Under the pieces are notes generated by a model, which ran no database searches, had not been told where the DNA came from, and saw nothing but the letters and a program-made list of their open reading frames with translations. Below are positions 23,314-33,804 of a DNA stretch of 64,000 nt, piece by piece. Each line of letters opens with the position of its first letter. Positions within the stretch are counted from its first letter, which is position 1. Source of the stretch: Dehalococcoidia bacterium (GTDB lineage Bacteria > Chloroflexota > Dehalococcoidia > UBA2979); contig OZ253555.1 of the NCBI GenBank assembly GCA_965262725.1, forward strand, positions 1,184,001-1,248,000. Direction: 5' to 3'. The translations under genes and the position numbers were made by a program.

Positions 23314-24147
23314 GTGATGACGTCGGTGACCGGGCAGTTCGTCTCGTACGAGACCGGCCAGCCCTACGAGACCTTGCTCGTGGAGGTGGTGGATCGCGTG
23401 GCGACCGTCACACTGAACCGTCCGGAGAGCGGCAACGCGCTGAACGCGCAGCTCCACGCCGAACTCGCCGACTTCTGGCAGGGGGCCCGCGACGACGATG
23501 ACGTGTGGGTCGTGATCCTCACGGGGGCCGGCCAGCGGCACTTCTGCACCGGCGCCGACATGCGCGAGGCGGCGTCGGGCTCCGAGGGGAGGCTGGGGAG
23601 CCGCCGCGTGATGGGGCTGCCGTGGCCGTACCGCTTCTTCAAGCCGATCATCTGCGCCCTCAACGGGACCACGGCGGGCGGGGGCCTCATCTTCGCGTGG
23701 GAGGCGCACATCACCATCGCCGCTGACCACGTCACGTTCCTCGAGCCGCACCTCTCCGTCGGACAGGTGCCGGCGAGCGAGATCTACGGCCTCGCCAACG
23801 GCGGGCTCCCCTGGAGCATTGGTCACCGCATGGCACTCATGGGGACTACGGGCGAGCGCGTCTCCGCCCAGCGCATGTACGAGCTCGGCGTCGTGTCGGA
23901 GCTGGTACCGGGCGAGCGGCTTCTCGAGCGGGCCCGCGAGCTGGCGGACAACGTGATGCAGATGTCGCCGCTCGCGACGCGTGCCTACCTCGAGGGCGCC
24001 TGGCAGATGCGGGAGGACGGCGCCGGCGTATCCGCCGGCAGCGCGTACGGCCACGAGCTCGGGCACGCGCTCCGCGCGACCGAGGACTACTCCGAGGGGC
24101 CGCGCTCCTTCGTGGAAAAGCGCCGCCCTGTCTGGAAGGCGCGCTAG
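23314..24147 (+). CDS. Crotonase (enoyl-CoA hydratase/isomerase) family protein
   Basis: TLNRPE, FCTGAD, KPIICALNG, EGPRSFVEKR. Confidence 0.92.
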   Translation: MMTSVTGQFVSYETGQPYETLLVEVVDRVATVTLNRPESGNALNAQLHAELADFWQGARDDDDVWVVILTGAGQRHFCTGADMREAASGSEGRLGSRRVMGLPWPYRFFKPIICALNGTTAGGGLIFAWEAHITIAADHVTFLEPHLSVGQVPASEIYGLANGGLPWSIGHRMALMGTTGERVSAQRMYELGVVSELVPGERLLERARELADNVMQMSPLATRAYLEGAWQMREDGAGVSAGSAYGHELGHALRATEDYSEGPRSFVEKRRPVWKAR

Positions 24148-24157
24148 GGCAGCCGCT

Positions 24158-26590
24158 GTGATTGCCGATCTCGTCGTTCAACTCGGACAGGGCCTGGCGT
24201 CGGCGCAGGCGGCGTTGCTGCTCGCCCGCTTCGGGGCGCGGACCGTCCGCATCGTCGGGCAGGGCGGGGCTCCCGATCGGTGGGACCGCTCCGAGGTCCT
24301 GCGCGAGGCGTATGCCTACGGTGCCGAGAGCTTCCACGCGGAGGGCGAGCTCGATGCGGAGGCCCTCGCCGTTCTGCTGGATCGCGCTGACGTTGTGATC
24401 GACGATCGCCCGCTCTCCTACTGGAGCGCGCGCGGGGTCGACCTGCGGGCGCTCTACGAAGGCGACAAGCCCCCTCACGCGATCTGGTGCGGTATCACGC
24501 CGTACGGCCTCTTTGGCATCGGCGCCGAGTGGGAGGGGACGGAGCTCACGGAGCAGGCGAGCGGGCCGATGCTGCTGCGTATCGGCGAGCCCGGGCGACC
24601 CCCGCTGCCGATGAAGGGTCCGCAGGCGGAGGTAGGCGCAGGCTGGCACGCCGTGGTCGCGATCGCCGCTCTCCGATTCTCTCGAGAGCGCGGCGGCCCC
24701 GGTGCGCTCCTAGACGTCTCCATCCAGGAGTGCCTCTACATGCACTCCGAGCTTGGTGCCGTGAACTGGTTCTACAACGGCCTCGAGATCTCACACTGGC
24801 TCAATGCGAAGCCCACGGCCGCCGCCAGCGGCTATCCCAGCAGGGATGGACGGACTGTCCACATGCTCTTCCACGACCGCGAGTGGCCGCGCGTGGCCCG
24901 CATGATCGGCCGCACCGACCTCGAGCGCGATGAGCGCTTCATGGCGCGATACAACCGCATGCAGCACATGGAGGAGATGGACGCACTCCTGATCCCGTGG
25001 TTCCTCGAGCGCACAGCGATGGAGGCGGTGGAGGCCGCGCAGGAGGCCGGCATGCCGATGTCGGTGGTGCGCTCGCCCGACGAGGTTCTGGACGATCCCC
25101 AGCTGCTGGCGCGCGGCAATTTCGAAGTGATCGAAGCCGGCGGGACGCGTGTCCGCTTCCCCGTCGGCACCGGCCGTCTCTCCGGCCACGACGAGGCGCC
25201 GGTGCGGCGGCTGAGCGCGCCGGCCACCCGCTCGCTCGGCGAGTTGCTCCGCGAGCTGTCCGAGCGGGCGCTGCCCGACCGCGTCGTCCCGGCCGGAGGT
25301 CGAGCAGGGCGCGACCCGCTCCTCCCGCTTGCCGGCGTGCGCGTGCTCGATCTCACCAATACCTGGGCGGCGCCAAAGGGCGCGACGATGCTCGGCGATC
25401 TCGGGGCCGAGGTGATCAAGCTTGAGGGCCTCGAGTGGATGGACATGCTGCGGGGATTCACCGCCCCGCCGCGTCCGCACCCGAGCTACCCGGGGCACGA
25501 GCCCGGCGAGAAGCCCTGGGATCGCTACGTCATGTGGCTGGGGCTCGCCCGCAACAAACTCTCCGCCGGCGTCGAGCTGACGCGGCCCGAGGGTCAGCGC
25601 CTCCTTGAGGAGCTGGTCGCTCGTTGCGACGTCGTGGTGACGAACATGTCGCAGGGGACGCGCGCGCGGCAGAACATCTCCTTCGAGCGACTGCGCGCCC
25701 TCAATCCCGGGATCGTCTTCGCGACGCTCTCGGGCTACGGCGAGGACGGGCCCCGTGGAGGCTGGCGGCTCTTCGGCGACGGTCAGGCGGCCTTCGCGGG
25801 GCTCTTCGTCGGGACAGGCTACGAGGGCGAGGGCTCGGCCCCGCTCGGTGCCTACGGCGATCCGGTGAACGGCATCGCCTTCGCGTTCCACGTTGTGCAG
25901 GGCCTGCGCGCGCGAGAGCGTACAGGGACGGCCACCCACGTCGATGTCTCCTGCGTCGAGACGTGCACGTCCTACTCGGCGGAGACATTGGTCGAGTCGC
26001 AGCTCGGCGTCCCGACCGAGTCTGGCGTCGGCTTCGACGCGCGGGGCGTGCCGGGCCGCTGGCCTCACGCTATCTACCGCTGCGCCGGCGAAAACGCATG
26101 GGTCGCCATCTCGTGCGGCACCGATACTCAGCGCGAGGCGCTCGCGGCCGGACTCGCGGCGCTCGGCGCGGAGGACGCCGCGGACGCGACCGGCCTGGAG
26201 GCTCTCGACGCGCTCCTCGCTGGCGTCTGCGCGGAGCGTGAGCCGTCATCGCTCGAGCAGCAGCTTCGCCCCCGGGGCGTTCCGTGCCAGCGCGTGACGC
26301 GCGCCCGGGACATCGACGCCGATCCGGTGCTTGCGGCTCGCGACTTTCTGACGTGGCTCTATCGTGATGATCTCGGAACCTACCCCGTGTACAGTGCGCC
26401 CTGGCTCGTGAACGGTCGGCGCCCCCCGATCACACACGCGCCGGCCGAGATGGGCGAGGACAACGGGTACGTATTCGCGGAGCTGCTCGGGAAGAACGAG
26501 GCGGAGATCGCCGAACTGGAGCGTGCCGGCGCGATCGGCGACAGGCCGCTCGTCGGCGCGGAGCTCGGCTTCCGTCCGACTCGCTCCTAG
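24158..26590 (+). CDS. Family III CoA-transferase (CaiB/BaiF), two fused domains
   Basis: PLAGVRVLDL, RNKLS, SGYGEDGP, AYGDPVNG; degenerate N-terminal copy (ITPYG, LDVSIQE). Confidence 0.9.
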   Translation: MIADLVVQLGQGLASAQAALLLARFGARTVRIVGQGGAPDRWDRSEVLREAYAYGAESFHAEGELDAEALAVLLDRADVVIDDRPLSYWSARGVDLRALYEGDKPPHAIWCGITPYGLFGIGAEWEGTELTEQASGPMLLRIGEPGRPPLPMKGPQAEVGAGWHAVVAIAALRFSRERGGPGALLDVSIQECLYMHSELGAVNWFYNGLEISHWLNAKPTAAASGYPSRDGRTVHMLFHDREWPRVARMIGRTDLERDERFMARYNRMQHMEEMDALLIPWFLERTAMEAVEAAQEAGMPMSVVRSPDEVLDDPQLLARGNFEVIEAGGTRVRFPVGTGRLSGHDEAPVRRLSAPATRSLGELLRELSERALPDRVVPAGGRAGRDPLLPLAGVRVLDLTNTWAAPKGATMLGDLGAEVIKLEGLEWMDMLRGFTAPPRPHPSYPGHEPGEKPWDRYVMWLGLARNKLSAGVELTRPEGQRLLEELVARCDVVVTNMSQGTRARQNISFERLRALNPGIVFATLSGYGEDGPRGGWRLFGDGQAAFAGLFVGTGYEGEGSAPLGAYGDPVNGIAFAFHVVQGLRARERTGTATHVDVSCVETCTSYSAETLVESQLGVPTESGVGFDARGVPGRWPHAIYRCAGENAWVAISCGTDTQREALAAGLAALGAEDAADATGLEALDALLAGVCAEREPSSLEQQLRPRGVPCQRVTRARDIDADPVLAARDFLTWLYRDDLGTYPVYSAPWLVNGRRPPITHAPAEMGEDNGYVFAELLGKNEAEIAELERAGAIGDRPLVGAELGFRPTRS

Positions 26591-26684
26591 CGGTGCCGAC
26601 GCCCGCGTATCGAGAGTGGTGGTCAGCGCCGCGTGAGGGACGGCCGCGTCCGTCGTCGTTGTGGAGCGGGGTGAGGAGAGCGAT

Positions 26685-27707
26685 ATGAAGTACGGGGTGA
26701 CGCTTGCGGCCGTGCCGGGCTCGAAGATGCGCGGCGTCTACGCCAAGAAGGCACAGGACGCGGGGTTCGATTCCGCCTGGACGGACGATAACCCCGCCTC
26801 GGATGGCATCGTGCATATGTCGGCAATGGCCGCCGGCGCCCCGGGGATCCGCGTCGGCTCCGGCATCCTGCGCGCGTTCCTGCGCAATCCGGTCACGGTC
26901 GCGTCGTCCTATCTGACGATGAACGCTCTCACCGAGCGGGGCGTCATCCTCGGCATAGCGACCGGCACCAAGCTCCAGAACATGTACCAGTACGGAATCG
27001 ACGTGCCGCGGCCGATTCACCGGTTGCGCTCCGTGATCGACATAGTGCGCGCCTTCTGGGCGTCGGTGGAGGCGGGTGAGACCTTCCGCTGGGATGACGA
27101 GTACTACAAGATCCGTGGTATCCGCGCCGTCCGCTCCGACCGTGCCGTGATCCGGCCGATCCCGATCTGGATAGCGGCCGTCAACGAGAACATGCAGCGC
27201 TTTGCCGGCGAGGTGGCCGACGGGCTCTGTGGCCATCCGACCGTCGGTGCCGACTATCTGCGCGAGGTCGTGAGGCCCAACATCGAGGCTGGCCGCGCGA
27301 AGAGCGGCTACGAGGCTCCGTTCGAATTCGGCGTCTGGGCGACGACGGTCGTCCACCCGGACAAGGACAAGGCCCGCCACCTGGCAGGCCAGACCATCGC
27401 GAACTACCTCTCGACGAAGAGCTACCAGGGCATCTTGCAGTACTACGGCATCGGCGATCGCTACGAGGCGATCCGCCAGGCGGTGCAGGTTGATCGCGAC
27501 ATGGATCGCGCCTCGCAGCTCATCGGAAGCGACGTTATCGAGCGCATCGCCATCACTGGCCCCGCGGACGAGGTGCGCGAGGAGCTGACCAAGCGGTACG
27601 TGGGCGTGGCGGACCAGGTCATCGTCGCCTCCGCCGGCAGCTTCGGCGACTCGCTGGAGGATCGACTTCGGACGATCGATGCCGTGGTGAGAGCCCCGCT
27701 CGAGTGA
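26685..27707 (+). CDS. LLM-class flavin/F420-dependent oxidoreductase
   Basis: AGFDSAW, RNPVTVA, ILGIATG, PIWIAA..AGEVADG. Confidence 0.88.
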   Translation: MKYGVTLAAVPGSKMRGVYAKKAQDAGFDSAWTDDNPASDGIVHMSAMAAGAPGIRVGSGILRAFLRNPVTVASSYLTMNALTERGVILGIATGTKLQNMYQYGIDVPRPIHRLRSVIDIVRAFWASVEAGETFRWDDEYYKIRGIRAVRSDRAVIRPIPIWIAAVNENMQRFAGEVADGLCGHPTVGADYLREVVRPNIEAGRAKSGYEAPFEFGVWATTVVHPDKDKARHLAGQTIANYLSTKSYQGILQYYGIGDRYEAIRQAVQVDRDMDRASQLIGSDVIERIAITGPADEVREELTKRYVGVADQVIVASAGSFGDSLEDRLRTIDAVVRAPLE

Positions 27708-27866
27708 TAGTATTCGGCCATCCGGGGCTCGGCGGGGGGGTGCCGTCCGCAGGCGAGCGACGCCAGCTCCCTCTAGGTCTCGGTCGAGGGAAGCGTCGAC
27801 CCCGGCGTCCGGGTGTGGCGCGCGAGTAGCAAGAGAGGGCCCGACTCGGGCCGAAAAGGGGGACAC

Positions 27867-28715
27867 ATGGCATTGTACGGCGTCGATCTCAGCAATATGG
27901 AATCCGGCATCTTCGAACTGCGTGGCACCACCGCCGTGGTCACGCTGAACCGTCCGGAGGCGCTCAACTCGCTGAACACCGCGATCCACCGCGACATAGT
28001 GGCGTGCTGGGACGAAATCAACCGCAACGACGAGATCCGCGCGGCGGTCGTCATCGGCTCCGGTCGCTTCTTCTGCGCCGGCCGCGACATCAAGGAGTTC
28101 GTCGGTACCTACGGTGCCGGCGAGGCGCAGGCACTCCGCCCGATCGACGACCCGGACCACGAGATGTTCGGGGTGCTCGCCAACCACTACCATGTTCGCA
28201 AGCCGCTGATCGGCGCGCTCAACGGCTCCGCGGTCGGCGGCGGCCTCGAGATCGCGATCATGTGCGACATGATCGTGATGGCGGATGACGCCTACATCGC
28301 GGACCTGCACGCGAAGATCAACGTGGGTGGCATGAACTCGATGAACACGTTCCTGCCGCCGATGATCGCGCGTGAGCTCACGATGACGGACCGGCGCCTC
28401 ACGGCGCAGGAGTGCCACATGTGGGGGTTCGCCAACTACGTGGAGCCGAAGGACCAGGTGCTCGACAGGGCGATCGAGATCGCCGAGGCGACCGCGCGGA
28501 TGGGCCCGGACTCGATCCAGCGCCTGAAGCAGGGCTCGATCGATGTCCAGCTCGCCTCGGGGAACATCCAACACCCGGAGTTCCGCGAGGAGCGACGGAA
28601 GATGGTCCGCCAGCAGATGTCGGAGACTGCCTCGGACCACGACCGTATGGAGGGCATGAAGGCGTTCGTCGAGAAGCGCGAGTCGCAGTACGATCGCCCC
28701 GTGAAGGCCGAGTAA
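27867..28715 (+). CDS. Crotonase family protein (paralog 1)
   Basis: LNRPEALN, FCAGRD, KPLIGALNG, GGGLE. Confidence 0.93.
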   Translation: MALYGVDLSNMESGIFELRGTTAVVTLNRPEALNSLNTAIHRDIVACWDEINRNDEIRAAVVIGSGRFFCAGRDIKEFVGTYGAGEAQALRPIDDPDHEMFGVLANHYHVRKPLIGALNGSAVGGGLEIAIMCDMIVMADDAYIADLHAKINVGGMNSMNTFLPPMIARELTMTDRRLTAQECHMWGFANYVEPKDQVLDRAIEIAEATARMGPDSIQRLKQGSIDVQLASGNIQHPEFREERRKMVRQQMSETASDHDRMEGMKAFVEKRESQYDRPVKAE

Positions 28716-28877
28716 CCGCCTCCACGAGCAGGTCACCGCAAGCGGGCCGGGGCACGACGCCCCGGCCCGCTTCGTATCGTCCGGCGTCCGGGAAGTGGCA
28801 ACGCCGCCCGGACGCTTCGGCTATGATGCGGGCGACGCGCTGGCCGGGAGCTCGCGCGATGGTGCCGAGGGGGGAAC

Positions 28878-29765
28878 ATGCAGTTCGGCAAGGATCTGGT
28901 CCGCGAACTCGGGCTCGACCTGAACAATCTCGAGGCCGCGACGTTCGAACGGCGCGGCGAGGTCGCCATCGTCACGATGAATCGGCCCGAGGCGGCCAAT
29001 TCGCTTAACACGGCGATGCACCGCGATGTCGTCGCGTGCTGGGACGAGATCAACAACAACGACGAGATCCGGGCCGCCGTGGTCACGGGCAGCGGACGCT
29101 TCTTCTGCGCAGGTCGTGACATCAAGGAGTTTGTCTCGACGTACGGCGAGAAGGACTCCGACGCCCTGCGCCCGATCGATGACCCGAACCACATCATGTT
29201 CGCGACGCAGTGCAACCACTACGATATCTTCAAGCCCCTGATCGTCGCGCTCAACGGCGCCGCGGTGGGCGGCGGTCTTGAGGTCGCGATCATGGCGGAC
29301 ATGGTCGTGATGGCCGACGACACCTATATCGCCGACCTGCACGCGAAGATCAACGTGGGCGGCATGAACTCGATGAACACCTTCCTCCCCCCCATGATCG
29401 CGCGCGAGTTGACGATGACGGACCGCCGCCTGACGGCGGAGGAGTGTCGCCGCTGGGGCTTCGCGAACTACGTGGTGCCGAAGGAGGATGTGCTGGAGAA
29501 GGCGATCGAGGTCGCCCAGGCATCGGCGCGAATGGGCCCGGACTCGATCCGCCATCTCAAGCGGGGTTCCGTGGAGCTGCAGCGTCGCTCCGGCAACCTC
29601 CGGCCTGAGGGCTACTACGAGCGGCGTCGCGAGAACCAGCTCAAGACGGTCGCTCTGGTGAAGTCCGAGAGCGACCGCATGGAGGGGATGCAGGCCTTCG
29701 TCGAGAAGCGCGAGGCCGAGTACACGGGTCCCGTCAAGAACGAGGCGCCCGAGCGTCTCTACTAG
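28878..29765 (+). CDS. Crotonase family protein (paralog 2)
   Basis: Same motifs; long stretches identical to 27867-28715. Confidence 0.93.
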   Translation: MQFGKDLVRELGLDLNNLEAATFERRGEVAIVTMNRPEAANSLNTAMHRDVVACWDEINNNDEIRAAVVTGSGRFFCAGRDIKEFVSTYGEKDSDALRPIDDPNHIMFATQCNHYDIFKPLIVALNGAAVGGGLEVAIMADMVVMADDTYIADLHAKINVGGMNSMNTFLPPMIARELTMTDRRLTAEECRRWGFANYVVPKEDVLEKAIEVAQASARMGPDSIRHLKRGSVELQRRSGNLRPEGYYERRRENQLKTVALVKSESDRMEGMQAFVEKREAEYTGPVKNEAPERLY

Positions 29766-30028
29766 CGCGGCGTCCCGGCGGTTCCCGGGGGGTGGTTGGC
29801 GTGCCGCAAGGGGGCCGCGTAGGGCCGCGTCGCCGAGAGCGGCGCGGCCTCATGCTGTGGGCCGGCCCCGGCTTCGGTGCTCTTCGGTGCCCCGGTCCGA
29901 GCATCACCGCGAACCGGCCGCCGGCTCGTTGCGTGCTCTCGGCCGCCCCGCCTAAGCTCCCGTGGTCGCGGAACTCGAGACGGCCGGCGTCCGGCGGTCC
30001 ACCTGCCTAGACGGAGAGGGAGCAGCGC

Positions 30029-31006
30029 ATGGGTACGAAGCTAATCGATGTCCACCGGCACCTCTGGGGTTACGACTGGTTTCCCCCGAGTCACCTCCCC
30101 AAGTTCAGCGCCGAGGGCATTGCGCGCCGCACCAACCGCACCCTCGGCGAGGTCCTGGAGCGGATCAAGCAGTCGCCCACGATGGACCCGACTGGACGGG
30201 TCGCGATCGAGGAGATGGACTACTACGGCATCGATGCCTCGATCATCATGGTGCTCGACTGGGGCCTCGCCTACGGGCCCGAGGAGGACAACCAGCTGCC
30301 GGCCGAGGAGTTCAACCGCCTCGCTCAGGAGGTGGTCCAGCAACACGCCGGGAAGCTGTGGGCGATGGCGAGCTACGACCCGCGACGCCCGCGTGCCGTC
30401 TCGCTCTTCGAGCAGGCGGTGAAGGAGTGGGGTGCCGTCGGGCTCAAGGTCTATCCGCCGAACGGCTACCAGGCGAACGACGAGCGGTGCTTCCCGCTCT
30501 ACGAGAAGGCGATCGAACTCGACGTACCGGTGCTGATCCACACCGGAGGCAACGTCTGGGCCTGGCCGGAGTGGGTCGAGCTGGTCGCGCGGCGCTATCC
30601 GGACCTGCGGATCATCATGGGCCACACGAATCTGCAGGCGCCGTTCGAGACGCAGGCGTACTGGCAGGGGCTGATGTCCGGCTCGCGCCATCGCAACATC
30701 TGGCTCGACCTCTGCGACTGGCAGGCCCTGGGCGCGGTGAAGGAGGAGAATCTCCCCGAGCTGGCCCGCGTAATTCGCGTATTCCTCGACTCGGTCGGAC
30801 CAGAGCGCATCGTGTGGGGCACGGACCTGCCGCAGGCCGGCGTTGGGAGCCGTGCACGCGCGCAGACGATGGCCTGGGCCGACTTCTTCCGGAATCTCCC
30901 GGAGTCCGGCGCCAAGTACGGCGTCCGCTTCACCGAGGAGGAGCGCGACGGAATCTGCCACGGCGCGGCGAAGGCGGCCTTCAGCAACATCGATTTCGGC
31001 TGGTAG
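30029..31006 (+). CDS. Amidohydrolase_2-family metallo-hydrolase (paralog 1)
   Basis: IDVHRH, GLKVYP, VLIHTG, MGHT, WGTD. Confidence 0.9.
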   Translation: MGTKLIDVHRHLWGYDWFPPSHLPKFSAEGIARRTNRTLGEVLERIKQSPTMDPTGRVAIEEMDYYGIDASIIMVLDWGLAYGPEEDNQLPAEEFNRLAQEVVQQHAGKLWAMASYDPRRPRAVSLFEQAVKEWGAVGLKVYPPNGYQANDERCFPLYEKAIELDVPVLIHTGGNVWAWPEWVELVARRYPDLRIIMGHTNLQAPFETQAYWQGLMSGSRHRNIWLDLCDWQALGAVKEENLPELARVIRVFLDSVGPERIVWGTDLPQAGVGSRARAQTMAWADFFRNLPESGAKYGVRFTEEERDGICHGAAKAAFSNIDFGW

Positions 31007-31193
31007 GCGCGCCGAACCGGGTGCCCGGCGGGCAGGCGGGCGCCCGACCTTCTCGCCGAAGGGTCGTCCCGATCCGCTCGTGCGCGGGGCTGTGGACAGG
31101 GGAGGCGGGCGGTGCCTAGGATGCCGCTGCTGCGCCCGGAGGATCCTGCGGGCCCGTTCGCGATATGAGAGAGCCGAGGAGGGAAGCGAGTCG

Positions 31194-32165
31194 ATGGTCA
31201 AGCTGATCGATGTGCACCGCCACCTGTGGGGTTTCGAGTGGTTCCCGCCGAGCCACCTCGGGAACAATGCAGCCGAACTCGCGCGCCGCACCGGCCGCTC
31301 GAAGGATCAGGTGCTGGAGCGGATCAAGCAGTCGCCCACGATGGAGGAATCCGGCTCCGGCGCCGTCGCCGAAATGGAGCACTACGGGATCGATCACTCG
31401 ATCATTCTCTGTCTCGATTGGGGGATGGCCTACGGGCCCACCGAGGATAACCAGCTCGACGTCGAGGAGTTCCATCTGAAGACGGCCGAGGCTGCTGCAC
31501 GCTACCCCGGCAAGCTGTGGTGGTTTGCCGGCGTCGACCCGCGGCGGCCGCGGGCGACCGCGATCTTCGATGACATGGTGAAGAACCACGGCGCGGTCGG
31601 CCTGAAGGTCTACCCGCCGAACGGCTACCAGGCGAACGACGAGCGATGCTTCCCGATGTATGAGAAGGCGATCGAGCTCGACGTTCCGGTGCTCATCCAC
31701 ACGGGAGGCAACATCTGGGCCTGGCCGGAGTGGGTCGAGCTGGTCGCGCGGCGCTACCCGGACCTTCGCATCATGATGGGCCACACGAACCTGCAGTTCC
31801 CGTGGGAGACGGGCGCCTACTGGCGCGGTCTCATCGCGGGTCGCGGCAAGCGGAACGTCTGGCTCGACATCTGCGACTGGCAGGCCCTGGGCGCACTCAA
31901 GGAGGAGAACCAGCCAGAACTCGCCAAGGTGCTGCGCGTCTTCATCGATTCGGTGGGGGCGGAGCGCGTGGTGTGGGGCACCGATCTCCCCCAGGCGGGC
32001 GTCGGGTCCAAGGCCCGCACCCAGACCGAGGTCTGGACGCACATCGCGAAGAACCTCCCCGAGTGGGGCGCTCAGTTCGGCGTCACCTTTACCGAGGAGG
32101 AGCGCGACGGGCTCTGCCACCGCGCCGCGATGGCGTGCATGTCGAACATCGACTTCCCCGACTAG
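31194..32165 (+). CDS. Amidohydrolase_2-family metallo-hydrolase (paralog 2)
   Basis: Same motifs; long stretches identical to 30029-31006. Confidence 0.9.
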   Translation: MVKLIDVHRHLWGFEWFPPSHLGNNAAELARRTGRSKDQVLERIKQSPTMEESGSGAVAEMEHYGIDHSIILCLDWGMAYGPTEDNQLDVEEFHLKTAEAAARYPGKLWWFAGVDPRRPRATAIFDDMVKNHGAVGLKVYPPNGYQANDERCFPMYEKAIELDVPVLIHTGGNIWAWPEWVELVARRYPDLRIMMGHTNLQFPWETGAYWRGLIAGRGKRNVWLDICDWQALGALKEENQPELAKVLRVFIDSVGAERVVWGTDLPQAGVGSKARTQTEVWTHIAKNLPEWGAQFGVTFTEEERDGLCHRAAMACMSNIDFPD

Positions 32166-32278
32166 GTTCCGCAGCGGTTCGCCGCTCGGCGGCGCGGGGG
32201 AGTGGTGTAGCGGTCTGCGCTGTCTCCCCCCGGTTATCTATGTTGCCCGACCCACCGCCGCGGGCTGGATGAGGATGC

Positions 32279-33388
32279 TTGGCGACGGTCGTGCGACTAC
32301 TCGCCCTTGAGCAGCTCCACGAGGCGGCAGGGGCGCGGTTCGCGCCCTTTGCCGGCTGGCACATGCCGCTCCAGTACCAGGGCATCGTCGCCGAGCACAC
32401 GGCCGTACGCACGGGCGCCGGTGTCTTCGACGTCTCGCACATGGGCCGCGCGATTGTCGAGGGACCCCTAGCCGCCGAGCGCATTCGCGCTACCGTCAGC
32501 TACGACGTGACGCGCCTCGCGCCGGGTGAGGGACACTACGCGCTCTACTGCACGGAGCAGGGGGGTATCGCCGACGACCTCTTCGTCTACCGCGTGGAGG
32601 CGGAACGGTGGCTGGTCGTCCACAACGCCGCGAACGCGGAGCCGGACTTCGAGCGCCTGCGCGCCGCCGCGCATCGTCCCGGCGCCAGCGCGCACGATGT
32701 GACGGGCGAGACGGTGATGCTCGCCGTCCAGGGACCACTCGCCCTCGACCGCCTCGCGATCGTGCTGGGCGACGGCATCGCCGATCTCAGGCCGAGGCGC
32801 TGCGCCGAGTTCCTCTGGCACGGCGGCCCCGTCCTGGTCGCCCGCACCGGCTACACCGGGGAGGATGGTGCCGAGTGCGTGATGGACGCTGCGCGGGGCG
32901 CGGAGCTGTGGTGGGCTCTGCTCGAGAGCGGCGTGGTGCCCTGTGGACTCGGTGCCCGCGACACGCTCCGCCTTGAGGCGGCGCTGCCCCTGCACGGGCA
33001 CGACATCGACGTCACCACGCACCCCCGGGAGGCACGCCTGGGGTGGACCGTGACGCTCGATGATGCGGCGCCCTTCGAGGGCCGGGCGGCGCTCGAGCGG
33101 CTCGCCGCCGAGCCCCCCTCCCGGTTGCTCGCATGCATCCGGCTGGAGTGGCGTGGCGTCCTCCGGGAGGGGCAACCGGTGCTCGATCCAGATCGGGCGG
33201 GCGCGCCTCCCATCAGCCGCTTGACGAGTGGTGCACACGGTCCGACACTCGGGGCCGGCATCGGCATGGCCTATCTCCCCCCGGCGCTCGCCGAGCCGGG
33301 CACGCCGCTCGCCATCGAGATCCGTGGTCGCGCGCTCCCTGCGCGGGTTGTCGCGCGCCCCTTCTACCGCCGCCCTCGAGGCGGGTAG
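32279..33388 (+). CDS. gcvT: Glycine cleavage system aminomethyltransferase T
   Basis: FAGWHMPLQY, FDVSHMG, RTGYTGEDG, GLGARDTLRLEA. Confidence 0.96.
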   Translation: MATVVRLLALEQLHEAAGARFAPFAGWHMPLQYQGIVAEHTAVRTGAGVFDVSHMGRAIVEGPLAAERIRATVSYDVTRLAPGEGHYALYCTEQGGIADDLFVYRVEAERWLVVHNAANAEPDFERLRAAAHRPGASAHDVTGETVMLAVQGPLALDRLAIVLGDGIADLRPRRCAEFLWHGGPVLVARTGYTGEDGAECVMDAARGAELWWALLESGVVPCGLGARDTLRLEAALPLHGHDIDVTTHPREARLGWTVTLDDAAPFEGRAALERLAAEPPSRLLACIRLEWRGVLREGQPVLDPDRAGAPPISRLTSGAHGPTLGAGIGMAYLPPALAEPGTPLAIEIRGRALPARVVARPFYRRPRGG

Positions 33389-33408
33389 AACGCCGAAGGG
33401 AGCAAGGG

Positions 33409-33804
33409 ATGGAGCTGCCGGCGGGGCTGCTCTACACGGCGGAGCACGAGTGGCTGAGCGTTGAGGGCGACCGCGGCACGATCGGGATCACCGACCACGC
33501 GCAGAAGCAGCTCGGCGACGTGGTGTACGTGGAGCTGCCCGAACCGGGGAGCCGCGTGGAGCCAGGGGCCGTCTTCGGCGTCGTCGAGTCGGTGAAGACA
33601 GTCTCGGATCTCTACGCTCCGGTGTCCGGCGAGGTGCTCGAGCGCAACGAGCGGCTCGCCGACGAGCCGGAACTCGTCAACGCGTCCCCCTACGGCGACG
33701 CGTGGATGCTGCGCGTGCGCATCGAGGACCCCCGACAGCTCGAGTCCCTGCTCTCACCGGAGGCCTACGACGAGTTCACCAGGCAGGAGCAGCGTGGCGC
33801 ATAG
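33409..33804 (+). CDS. gcvH: Glycine cleavage system H protein
   Basis: YTAEHEW, GITDHAQ, lipoyl site VESVK, NASPYG. Confidence 0.97.
   Translation: MELPAGLLYTAEHEWLSVEGDRGTIGITDHAQKQLGDVVYVELPEPGSRVEPGAVFGVVESVKTVSDLYAPVSGEVLERNERLADEPELVNASPYGDAWMLRVRIEDPRQLESLLSPEAYDEFTRQEQRGA

Noticed and set aside
27705-27710. Sec read-through at other TGA stops (LLM gene, lipA, MOSC, Rid)
   Set aside because: These proteins look complete at the TGA, and the LLM TGA is immediately followed by TAG.
32166-32278. Glycine riboswitch or tRNA fragment upstream of gcvT
   Set aside because: Only a single hairpin (32196-32230); no recognisable glycine aptamer motifs and no anticodon or T arm.
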